In this document: positions 12,856-24,225 of the stretch, in pieces
How positions within the stretch are numbered: the first letter of the stretch is position 1
Layout of the letters: every line of letters starts with the position of its first letter
Assembly (NCBI RefSeq): GCF_001194135.2
Contig: NC_068985.1
Location: forward strand, 33,112,603 to 33,167,650
DNA from: Octopus bimaculoides
Lineage: Eukaryota
DNA: 55,048 bases
Direction of reading: 5' to 3'
Translations under genes and position numbers: made by a program
Notes under the pieces: generated by a model
What the model was told of the DNA's origin: nothing
Databases searched by the model: none
Seen by the model: only the letters and a program-made list of their open reading frames with translations

Positions 12856-13256
12856 GATGGATTTGGTATTGATCTTTATTCTGTACAACATTCGTTTTGA
12901 CTGGTCCTGCTATTGCCTTTTATGTGTGGGACTCTGTTCAACATGTGTTGCTTCAATTTTGCAGTCTAGGTCTCATCAGGTACATTAATAAAGTTGTGTC
13001 TCACTACAGATCTTGAGTGTTGGCTGCCATGTTGTTATAATGCCCATCTAGTTAGGGAAAACTAGATGGGCATATAACAACATAACAGCCGACACTCAAG
13101 ATCCTTAGAGAGACACAACTTTATTGATGTACCTGATGAGACCTAGACTGCAAAATCGATACAACACATGTTGAATGGAGTCCCATACATAAAGGACAAT
13201 AGCAAGACCAGTCAAAACGAATGTTGTACAGAATAAAGATCAATACCAAATCCATC
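12856..13256. repeat. ~400-bp imperfect palindrome (two ~198-bp arms, ~5-nt loop)
   Basis: gatggatttggtattgatctttattctgtacaac...cccatctagtt versus aactagatggg...gttgtacagaataaagatcaataccaaatccatc; about 17 differences by manual alignment. Confidence 0.95.
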
Positions 13257-13416
13257 TTATCACTTAATATAATTACCCTAACTGACACTGTGGAGTTCCT
13301 GAAGTAGATACCATGACTGCAGATGACAACAGGTAGCCTAAACTGTGTCAGTGCTCTACTCAACATTTAAACACACTAATTGACTTATACCTATTAGTCC
13401 AAAATATTTATTATTT

Positions 13417-13420
<4 letters not shown>

Positions 13421-13483
<63 letters not shown>
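13421..13483. repeat. (TA)n-(CA)n microsatellite
   Basis: Seen directly. Confidence 0.95.
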
Positions 13484-13484
<1 letters not shown>

Positions 13485-15595
13485 AACTCATACAGATAAA
13501 ATATGCATATCCATATACTTATCACCATCTCTACCTCTTCTGACTATCATCTTATCCAGACAACCTCAAAAGTTCTTGCTCTTAGCATTTCAAATCTAAT
13601 GGTTGTTCCAAGCTGACTGCTTTTAGAAGCAAATGGATCATTTAAGATGGCTTAAAAAGTACTTGATACAGTTAAAATCCACACAAGTGGTTCAGTTGCA
13701 GCTGTACTTAGGTTACAAAGATGACAAGCACAACCTAGAAACATTTAGAAGTAGTTGCCCACTATCACCAACTTAGTTGTGTTTACACACAACAATAATG
13801 CCAGAAGTCAAAAAAAGGATACCTTTTGTGCATCACACAGCCAGCAGGTTTTCAGGTTTTCCCTTCTTGTAAATTACAGCTATGTTTTTTTTTTTAGTTT
13901 ACTGCCAAGGAGGTCTCTCATACATTGCAGAATTTTTCTACTCATGATTGCTCAACCAAGCACGTCTTGATAAAGCCACCATATTCACTGCCTTTCAACT
14001 TCCTTACTTCACATCAAACCCTCAACAAAACTTTCCTCCACTTCATCTGTCTCATCACCACTCACAGTTACCAAACATAGAAACTTTTTCAGCTCCTAAA
14101 CTTATGTGATCTAGACAGTTGGCCTTCCATTCTTTTCCAACTGCCTGCCTGCACCAAACTCTTCATTCTGCAGAAACACACTTCAACATGTTCAATTCCC
14201 CAAAAGTTTCTCTCTTACCCTAACAATAGCTGTTGACTTTGATATTTGTAATGCATTAAGTTGATTTGGCATGCAAATCTAAGAAAGAAATCATTGCAAA
14301 TAAATAAATAGATAAAATATATAGAAATTTTAAAAAAAGAGGCTGGAAAAAGGAATCAAGGTAGGAGCAGGCCTGGATATGGGCAAGCATTAACTCAAGT
14401 GGAAAATGATATACAAACAAGTGATTAGAGTCTGTTAAAGTAACTGTAAAAGAGAATATAGCTCCAGAGGGGGCAAATAATCAAGTTCTTATTAGTGAAA
14501 GTTTGTCTATCAGATGGATAAAATAACTTTTTTCACAAGCTCCTGCTCACACCTAGATCAAAAGTTTCAGTCAGACCACTCCATGATATTGAGCATTGAT
14601 TAGGCTCCCTCCCTTCTGTAAATGGTGTAACTCAGAATGGTTATAGCATGAATCTGTACGTTAATGACTTTACTAATTTAAGGTTATTATTAATGTATAA
14701 TATTTAAGGCCATGATTGAAGACATGTCTAAGGTGCCACACAGTAGGATTGAACCCAATAACTCATTATTGCAATGTAAACTTTTAAACTGTTTGTCACA
14801 CATATGCACTGCTATGCAGGTCTCATGGCCACTCTTTTTCTTTTAGATAATAATAATAATAATAATAAACTATATACACATGTGTGCATGTATAAACCTG
14901 TGTAAAGATATGTAAGCCAAATAGAGTAGATTTTTTAAATTTATTTATTGATGAAACAGTTGCACTTTGGCTAATACACCAGAGTATTATTTCTTTACCT
15001 TCTCATTCAGGTTCCAGATATATTGGGAATGTGAAGTGAAGCTGTTTTTGCTTCTGAATCTGAGGAGAGGGTGAGCTTAGAGCACTTGCTCTTGAACATA
15101 TTATTCATGTACCCAGTGTAGTTCTTCAGATTATAAATGATGCCTTATCTTTGTCTAGCTGAGAAATATAACATTTTCTTGAGATAGGAGATTGTGTTGA
15201 AGTGTAGACACAAGAACAAACATCTAAAAACTTCTTACAATTGTACACAAAATATGGTATTAGGACCTGCCAAACTCATCTTGACAACAGCTATTGCATT
15301 ACATTCCTTGTCCAACTGTCTCATTGAGAAACACTCCCTACTACCAATGTAATACTCCTGCTGAAAATATGTCAACCACAAAATTTTAAAATAGCTATAA
15401 TTTTCACAAAGCTGCTGTTGATTAGCAGTTAGTCTAAACCAATTGCTAACCAACTGACAAGAAATCAGGACAATAATTCTCTTGCCATTAGAAAGTAGTC
15501 TCCTGCTAGTCACTGTGGAGAATGTTCTAGAAACAAGAAACTCAGAATAGCAACATAATGAAGACTCATCTTCAAACAAATGAATATGTGAAAAT

Positions 15596-15652
<57 letters not shown>

Positions 15653-18029
15653 CATGCATGCACACTTTTACATACATACAGACTTTTATACATGCATAAC
15701 TTCATCATCAGTCAAATGATAGTAAAGCATGATTTTAGCATTATATCAGAGTATTTTTTATTTTTTATATAGGCTTAAAATGTGTATATTTACACAGTCA
15801 CACGTATGTTTCCCAATATTTATTCATTATGAGAGAGCAAAGCAGATGTTTTCATTTTATTTTTGTATTAATTAGCCTGAGGAGGAGTAGCACTGCTCAG
15901 AGACTTTTCAGTCCCTTCTAGATTGTGAGTTAGTGATAACTAATTGAGTACAGTTAATTTAGTTTTTGTTCAGTTTGAATTGTAGGTTAAGAGTTGTGAA
16001 ATATGGGAAAGAAGAATATTTCAGAAGAATACAATTTTTGCAAAAAAAAAAAAAGTCTGGAAGAAATGAATCAAAGAGTAGGCATGGAGATGGGTGGTAT
16101 AGGTGGTAGGTGATATACAAACAAGTTAAAATAACTAATTTTAAAAAATGGATATAACTCCATAGTGAGCAAATTATCATTTCTGATGAGGAAAGCCTTG
16201 TCTATCAAATAGATGGGATGGCTTTTTTATAGATAAGACTTAGGATGTGCATAATGAGAGTAATATTGTGATGTGTAAGAAGTACTTCATTGGAAGGTGT
16301 ACTTCAGGTATTTACAGAGCACTGATAAAATGTTTTCTACATACCTTGGGTCACTTGTTTTGGGACAACACTATCATCAACACTTTTACTAACAGCAACA
16401 TCTTAGAGGCTGAGATCCACTCAATGAGTGCTGCTATGAGAGTCAAGGATGGTAAGTGATGCTAGTATGCATCACTACTTGATAAATATTTCTTTGAACT
16501 TGTGGCATGGAACCCATCAAATATCATTAGTAAATCAACACTGAATCGACACATCAATGTCTTCAAAGCAAAGACAGATAGCTGAAGCTGCTACAATGTC
16601 ATGGCTGTGACAGTGAGTTAGCCTAACAATCGTTTTTATTTAAAGCACTCAAATAGATATAATGATATATGAAAAGTATAATATAAATTAATGCAAAACT
16701 TTTAAGAATGCTCTAAAGAAACAAATAGTAATATAACTTGCAAACAAACCTCAAGTGCATTAGTAACTAAAGTGAAATAAGCTCATGGACAATATTTCAT
16801 ATATAAAAAATTTAGGTAGACTAGGCTACCAAAACTTTCTAACCAACTTTTTGTAAAACCTTACTTTAAAATCTCTTATTTAGAAATTCAGATAACATCT
16901 GATACATTTCTACATTTGTCTTTCTTCTTTTCTTGTTTGTGTTTTCTAATAGATTCTATCCTCATGAGAAAATTCTCTTGCAGATTGATGAGAACTGACA
17001 ACATTCAGAAAAAGATTTTATTCTTCTCTTTCTCTGGCTATCAAGAAAAAGCTGAAGTACTCACCATTTAATAATAATAATGTTGAAACATGTTATTAAC
17101 TGTAGAAATGTAACAATTTTGAACAAGATATGAGAAACCTAGAGTAAATAAATTGTCTGTAAATATTAAATTTTTGCTGTTTTGTCTTTTTTTTAAATCC
17201 AATTTCATTTCCCATCACACTTTCCTGCATCATTTTTTAACTATCTGCAATTTCTAATAAAGCTAGCAGCATTTGATTTCTTTAAGTAATGAAATGAAGT
17301 GTCAGAATATTATAAATACGCTTCAAATGTAACTGTTGCTTTCTTAAGCAGTTTTATGAAATACATATTATCGTATTTGTGCATATGTGTGTATGTTGGG
17401 TAGAGGTGGAAAATTGATTTCTGTTTGTGTCTATGTTAAGCCCAATTTCTGTGATTTCAGGGTAATTTGGTTGCTACTTTTGACAAGTCTATTGTATACA
17501 GGCCCACTTGTTGACTCTTCACTTTAATATAGAAAGAAGGTAATATAGTTGAGTTTAGTAACATGCAGCGTATAACATTGTGTAGCTCTTAGCAGGATTC
17601 CAATATTTTCATCAGGTAGCTATTAAGTTATATTTTAAGGCTTACACCTTTAAATAGTCTTTTCCCACATAAGTTGGGTTTTTTCTTTCATGTCAAGTTG
17701 TTAACCAGTTCATCCACCTGGCATAGAAAGCAGAACACTATCATGATTCTGCTGCTATCTTGTAATTTCACTTCATGAGGTAGTGATATAAACTGTTATT
17801 CCAGCTTTCTTAGACACCCATTCTTACTGGGCTTATAAGATGCTGTCTCCTACTCAGCTTAATCTAATAATGGTGTAAATTGTTAGTACTACAAAAGTAT
17901 GAGTGCTAACAGCTTAGCTATTTATGCACATAAAATGCCATGAACAGAAATAAATAGGCCAAAAATAGTTAGTATGGTTAATATAAATTTTATGAGTTTT
18001 TTTTTTTTCATGACTTTTGTGCCAATGCA

Positions 18030-19230
18030 ACACACCTGACTGCCAATACTCTAAATCACAAAACTAACAATAAAATAACATCGAGGAATTAGCAGCATCA
18101 AGAATAGTTACACCATACACTTCCAGGTCACAATAATAATCTTAAATAATATATCCATGCTGTAACACCAAGCAAATGCCTATGCAAACTCTCAAAACTT
18201 CTAGAAAGGTAAATGCATAATATCATTAGCCTACACACTTTTTCCAAATTCCAACATATATTCAGACCACCACACTACTCCCAAATCTAACGCTGAAAAT
18301 ACATAATAACTTCAACACAAAATCTCCTATGTGCTCCATTTTAACTAGCATATTTTCAACTCCATTCCCTTTTGTCCACTTGCACAAAAAATACTTAACA
18401 CCACCTTTCAAAACAGCACAAATCACTGACTAGCAAACTACTTGTCTGATCATTAAACCTATGGCAATCCGTCAGTTACAACAATGAGGGTTCCAGTTGA
18501 TCTGATCAATGGAGCAGCCTGCTTGTGAAATTAACATGCAAGTGGCTAATCTCTCCACAGACACATGTACCCTTAACGTAGTTCTCGGTGAGATTCAGCA
18601 TGACATGGAGTGTGACAAGGCTGGCCCTTTGAAATACAGGTACAACAGAAACAGGGAAAGAGTGAGAGAAAGTTGTGGTGAAGGAGTACAGCAGGGTTCG
18701 CCACCACCCCCTGCCAGAGCCTCGTGGAGCTTTAGGTGTTTTTGCTCAATAAACACTCATAAGGACCGGTCTGGGAATCGAAACCGCGAGACCGCTGCCC
18801 TAACCACTAGGCCATTGCACCTCCACATTAAACCTATACAATATACAAGAACAGTACAATAACCTGTAATTTCCTGAATGACATACAACAAGAATCCATC
18901 TTTGCAGCTATATTCTAACTCATATCTACACAACATATTCACATCTCTACAAAACATGTCAACAGCCTCATATGCAGAGGACATCACATTTGCATCTTTG
19001 CATGATTCTCTAGACACTACAACACTACACAACTATTGTAAACTTATTTAATCACATAATAACCTGACTTCGTAATAACATACTTAAAGTAACAGACAGC
19101 AAATCCACTATCTCCCTTCTTAACAACAATACCAGAGAACACCAATACAACCAACCATCCTAATCAACAACATAAACATATCTCATGCATAGAAGATGCT
19201 ACAAAGCAACAGTACCAATGACAATACTAA
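18030..19230 (+). mobile_element. Heavily decayed I/Jockey-like LINE RT remnant, interrupted by a SINE
   Basis: AC-rich strand; remnants SKLLER..FQHIFRP and YAEDITFAS (YADD-like, about 18970-18995); many stops. Confidence 0.5.
18505..18828 (-). mobile_element. tRNA-derived SINE (head shared with 6385-6690, different 3' tail)
   Basis: Shared agaaacagg.aagagtgagagaaagttg..gcctcgtggagct..gggaatcgaaac..gccctaaccact.ggccattgc; distal half unrelated. Confidence 0.8.
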
Positions 19231-20016
19231 AAGAAATTAAATGAATATAGATCAAAATATATATATATAAAACAGAACAACTAAAGCATTTACAAACAAA
19301 GAAGATTAATAAAGTATCTTTTCATAAATTGTAGTTGAGGTGTATTTCTAGTATTTTCAAACTCTACAAAATTTACATGTAGAAAACAGCAAAGAAAGTT
19401 AAACAAAGCATAAACATACTTAGAACATTCATGAGTAGCACAATGGGCCAACAGAAACAAACAACAATAGTGCAAAAATAGTACTTGAAATTCATCATGA
19501 ACTTTACTAGTCCTATCTGGGCATCTATTCTCTCCACAATAAACTATGTAAGATAACATAAAGTAACATATACCACACTCACAGACTATTTACACAACGA
19601 AATTAAAATATTAAGTGCAAGTCAACATACAAAGAATACAGTTTGTTACTGCAGGAAGTTTCAACTGTCCTAGTCTTTGACACTACACAAAACAAAACTC
19701 TTCTAAACACACAGACATACAACTATTACAACATTCTAAAAGTAAAAAGAAAAATGCAGAAAACCAAAATGTTGAAAGAGTCCACTGTTGTTGTCATTGT
19801 CAAGTACTGTGAACCTTTGTGTTGTCATTCAACCTGCTGGAAATAGTAACCAAACTTTCCTAAAACCACACTGACTATCTTAAAAAAAGAAGGAAGGATG
19901 TATTGGATACAAAGATGCATTATGTCCAAATGAAAGCTGGGATGATCATAGTTGGAATCTCTTTGATCATATGTTTGCTCAAACAAGGCTGATCAGGGTT
20001 TAAACAACCAAAAGAA

Positions 20017-20077
20017 TAAAGATTGCTTGCCAACATAACAAGGCAGTCCTGGTTTAGGATGAATGTTGCTGTAATTT
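20017..20077. repeat. 61-bp direct repeat, copy A (partner at 22145-22205)
   Basis: taaagattgcttgccaacataacaaggcagtcctggtttaggatgaatgttgctgtaattt; 4 mismatches to partner. Confidence 0.95.
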
Positions 20078-20177
20078 AGCTCCAGGAGACATCGTCTCCA
20101 GCTGGCTATACGACACGATCTGTCCTTATATTTTCAAACAAGGGAATCTAGCACCCCCACTCAGCTCAAAACAATAT

Positions 20178-20220
20178 CTGTGTATCATGATTTCCAGGTT
20201 ATTTCCCTTCATCAGCACAA
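20178..20220 (-). ncRNA. Minimal type I hammerhead ribozyme-like motif
   Basis: Minus strand reads TTGTG CTGATGA AGGGAAATAACCTG GAAA TCATGA TA CACAG: stem I ttgtg/cacag, core CUGAUGA, short stem II, GAAA, palindromic stem III ATCATGAT, AUA cleavage triplet. The base of stem II has one non-canonical nucleotide. Confidence 0.6.
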
Positions 20221-20239
20221 TAAATGTTCGGTTAGAGGT

Positions 20240-22003
20240 TTATTCTTTATTCTAGGCACAAGGCCTAAACACAGGGAACATACACAGACATGCAGGAACA
20301 AAAACTCATGAAAGGATGAATGTAAAATGAATTAAATTACAATGAAAATGAGATTACCATCTCGCTCCCACTCCGAGATGAAACCGTGAATTCCTTTTTC
20401 CTTTAAAACTTTACATTTTAAATAACAATTTCCAGCCCTGCTCTGAAGCGAAACCACAACTTTCCTTTTCGTTTTCACCTTACAATTTTAAAGAAAACAA
20501 TTTAAACAAATGTTCTTTCAATAGATACAGGATTTACTTATTTTCCATTTTTTTTAACAAAAACTTTAACCAAATGTTTTTCTCAGTCCTTCACAGTCTT
20601 TAAAATAAATTACGACTTACCACTTCATCTTCTCCTTTTCATCCACATAATTCACCACCAAGGCGCAAGGATCAACATCTACCTCCGGCCCCAGTGGATT
20701 CACTCTTTCATAATGTCTTTCAATTCTGAAATTTTTTTTTAACTTTTGGGTGTCCTATTTCATTTTAAAATCTTGCTTCTATTTGTGTCTTGCGTGTTTG
20801 TGTTTTTTGTCTCTGCATTTCTTTAATTCTTGGCTTTCCTGTGATTGTGTCTGTGTTTCCATGTGTTCATTTGACTGTAATTCTGCGTGTTTCATCTGTG
20901 TTTATGTTTTTAGGTTTCCGTAATTCTGAGTTATCTTGTTTCTGTTTGTCTATACTTCTGTGCTTTTGCATGTCTGTGTGTTTGAGTATCAGGGTCTGAA
21001 TGTTTCTGTACTTGTAAGACCTTTACTGGTGATCCTACTGGTAAATCTTCCCTGTTTCTCGTCATAGGTTGGGTTATCTCTTCCATTGCTTTGTACTTCT
21101 TCAATTCCACTATCGTTGGTGATTTCCTCCTCTCCCTTTTCCTTGCTTTCACCTCCCCAAAATTCCTGTCTTGTTCTGTTATCTGTTTTTGCTGTTTCTC
21201 CACCATTATATTCTCCTGAATACTCTCCTCTACAATTTCCACTGCTGCTCTAGGGCATTTCTTTCTCAAGTGCCCTCTTTCACCACATTCGTAACACTTT
21301 GGAGGTCTCCCCTCCAACATTATTTCCAGCTTTTCTTCATTTGGTAGCTCTAAAGTTTCAGGTCTTTCATTGTAATATTTCAGGCTCACTGCACAAATCA
21401 TCTCTAATCCGTAGCCCCATCACTTCACTTGTTGGGTTCAGCCCATCTCCATGTCTTCGCTTTCCTTCCTTATCTCCAAATAAAAAATTGCGGCTATGAT
21501 CCACTCTGGATCTATCCACAGTGGGATTCTTCCCATCCTAATTCTTACAATTCTTTTGTCCAAACAGTTTGGCATCAAAGTTCATTTTTCTCCTTGTATC
21601 AGTCTGTTGGAGGTTTTTTTCCGCCTCCTCTTCTGATATAAAGGTTACCACTATAGATGCATATCTCTTTCCTCTTCTTCCTGCAGCACGTATTCAATTC
21701 TTCTAGTTTCATTCGAAAATGTTCTGAATATGACTTGTCTTCTTTTCCATTTTCACTTTTTCCTCCCCTGGCCGGGTCATTTTTATATTTGACCCTTCCT
21801 TCTCTATCATACTACTATATTTCTTTATGAGCTCTCCATTCCACTGTAATATCTCCTGTTTCAGTACACGTGGGTCTTGGAGAACTTGATCACCAGTAGC
21901 TTCTGCATAACTTCTCATTTTTCTCAATTATTCACTCCCACCCAACAATGGTGGTTTCACACAAAAAATTCAGCTAGAGTTCTTCAAAAAACAACAAAAA
22001 AAT
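20240..22003 (-). mobile_element. ORF1/gag-only retroelement cassette with CCHC zinc knuckle, decayed, between 15-bp direct repeats
   Basis: Broken ORF from about 21918 (MRSYAEAT) via RIRMGRIPLWIDPEWIIAAI to LEGRPPKCYECGERGHLRKKCP (CX2CX4HX4C) and a basic tail; no endonuclease or RT follows; 3' end aataaagaataaa; flanks tgttcggttagaggt (20225-20239) and tgttcggctagaggt (22004-22018). Confidence 0.75.
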
Positions 22004-22144
22004 TGTTCGGCTAGAGGTGGTGCTGCCAAATTCCCATTCGAAATATATCATTTTCAAAGTGACAACTAGTCACTGATCTATAAATTAGAAAATTACTATT
22101 TTTAAATCTCACCACAAGAGATATTCAGCAACAGTACTCTGGAG

Positions 22145-22205
22145 TAAAGATTGTTTGCCAACATAACATGGCAGTCCTGGTTTAAGATGAATGTTACTGT
22201 AATTT
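22145..22205. repeat. 61-bp direct repeat, copy B (partner at 20017-20077)
   Basis: taaagattgtttgccaacataacatggcagtcctggtttaagatgaatgttactgtaattt. Confidence 0.95.
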
Positions 22206-22504
22206 TCTAACAACCATCAGATTCTGGATTTCTAACAAAACTTTTTATTCATATTCCTTAAAATCTTTATTTCAATCTTTTTAATAATTTATAATACCTA
22301 AAATTTTGGGGGAAAAATCAACAAAGTAAATATTTGATAAGTTTTATTTCACTTTTGAAATAATATTCATTCATCTTTGTTACCCTCATAGCTTGTATAA
22401 TATTATCCCTTTCCCACAGTAAAATTAACATTATAAAAATAATATCCTTTTCAAACGAAATTTGGAAACAAATTTCAATAAAACTTTTTATAATAAGAAA
22501 TATA

Positions 22505-22510
22505 TTTATT
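22505..22510 (-). terminator. Candidate MAT2B polyadenylation signal AATAAA
   Basis: First minus-strand AATAAA seen, about 120 nt past the stop, in an AT-rich 3' region. Confidence 0.35.
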
Positions 22511-22630
22511 GTAAGTTCTTAATGTAGTTCATTTCATAAAGTTCAAACAAATAATTAGAATTTGAAGTTCTATATTGAATTAAGAACCAAAACAATATTA
22601 TAACCAAAATTCTTAAGAAGCAAACACACA

Positions 22631-23085
22631 CTATGATGAAACAAAAGGACATAGAACATCTTTTATTCCATTTCTGAATGGTGTTCTGTCAACTTTAATC
22701 CCAAGATTTTCAAGACGTTCAGAAGAAAGATGAGCATTATAGGGGCGCTTTGTGCCTGGATTACTTTTATCATCAGCAACAATATGTGACATGTCCAAAC
22801 CAAAAATGTCAGCCATTGCAATCATCATATCATATTTGGTCATGTTATCATTCCCACTCCAGTGGAACACACCAGATATTTTCTCTTGCTGGAAACACTT
22901 TTTTTCTGATATTAGCATAATCAGAGAAGCCAAGTCATCACAGTGGGTCGGGTAACGTCGCTCGTAATGAGAAGAGTGCAAAGTAACACCAGAATTCAAA
23001 ATACTTTTTAGTAAGATTGTTACAGCACTTTCTTCTAAGAATTCCACTTGACCGTAAAGAAGTGGGACTCTCAAGATAGCAAAGT
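22631..23085 (-). CDS. MAT2B: MAT2B last coding exon
   Basis: Acceptor ttccatttgcag; (G)AC-FAILRVPLLYGQVEFLEESAVT..RRYPTHCDDLA..GVFHWSGNDNMTKYDM..RPYNAHLSSERLENLGI..TPFRNGIKDVLCPFVSS*, matching MAT2B C-terminal motifs. Confidence 0.95.
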
Positions 23086-23434
23086 CTGCAAATGGAAAAT
23101 AATAATGAAAGTTGACTTTTAAACATAAGCACAAAAAAAATGTTTAATATGTATAATGACAGATTTTATATTTACTGTTTCTCTTCACACACATTATTTC
23201 TGTGCACATTCTTTTTCAACTGCATGTATACTAAACTAGATTATTATCTAAGCTTCGGAAACTGATCACAGTAGATCCCACTTAATGTATCCAAAATGGA
23301 TTGGGATGGAATTTTTACACATAAAATCTCTTGTTTAATAAATCCAAACCATCACTTAGTAAATCCAATTGTTGCTGCTTCTTTCTAAAGTGTCAACAAG
23401 TGGCAGCGAATGAATAAAGTGTTTTTTTTTCACT

Positions 23435-23700
23435 CTTAAATACTGATAGGTAGGCACCAGCAGCCACAGCCAGCCAGCTGTCACGTGGTACACTCCATCA
23501 TCCAAAAATAGATCAATAAATATGTAGTAGCGGGTGGTGGCTGCTGGAGCCTACCATACAACACTGTCATTCAAGTGAAAAAGTAGGCTCCTGGACACCT
23601 CATGTCAAAATTACGTGCCCTTCTCATTCATTGAATGATGGAGTATACCACTGACAGCTGGCTGGTTGTGGCTGCTGGAGCCTACCTGTCAGTATTTAAG
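23435..23700. mobile_element. MITE-like inverted-repeat insertion (~70-bp arms) in the Tigger 5' region
   Basis: cttaaatactgataggtaggcaccagcagccacagccagccagctgtcacgtggtacactccatcatcca matches the reverse complement of 23632-23700. Confidence 0.8.
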
Positions 23701-24153
23701 AAAAAAAACACATCATTCGTCATTTGAACAGGCAGACACACACATACAAGTTGTTCAAAATGAAAAGAGAGAGGCAGGACAAATCCATGGCAGAAAAGAT
23801 TCAATTGTTAGAATGTTACAAAGCTCTTGGGAAAACAATTCAGCTGGAAGCAGCACAGAGTTTGGGAATTTCAAGAAGTCTGCTCCAGTATTTGCTAAAG
23901 AATGAGGATAACCTTCATGCCAAAGAATACGATGGCTGCTCATCAAAGAGAAAACACTGACAAGAAGGAAAGGACCAACAGACAGACTGTGCTCTCTACA
24001 ATTGGTTTCAATTTATTCGCTTGAGAAATGGCCCGATCCTAATGCACAAAGCCAACACCATTGCTGAAGCTGCTGGACATGATTTTAAGGCATCCAAAGG
24101 TTGGTTTTATCGTTGGCAAAAAGGACATGGAATCTTTTTTATGGTTCTAAAAG

Positions 24154-24225
24154 GTAAGTTTTGTAGTTCAGTAGTTCACATTTTTCTCATTAGAGAACAC
24201 AAACTAAACATTTCATATTTTGCAG
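24154..24225 (+). other. 72-bp GT-AG intron within the Tigger transposase
   Basis: AAAG/gtaagt...ttttgcag/GTGAT; splicing gives HGIFFMVLKGDAAETD, restoring the usual Tigger spacing. Confidence 0.75.

Noticed and set aside
13130-13175. CTGATGAGACC..CAAAATCGATA in the palindrome arm as a second hammerhead
   Set aside because: GAAA core is absent, and stems I and II do not pair; at most a decayed relic
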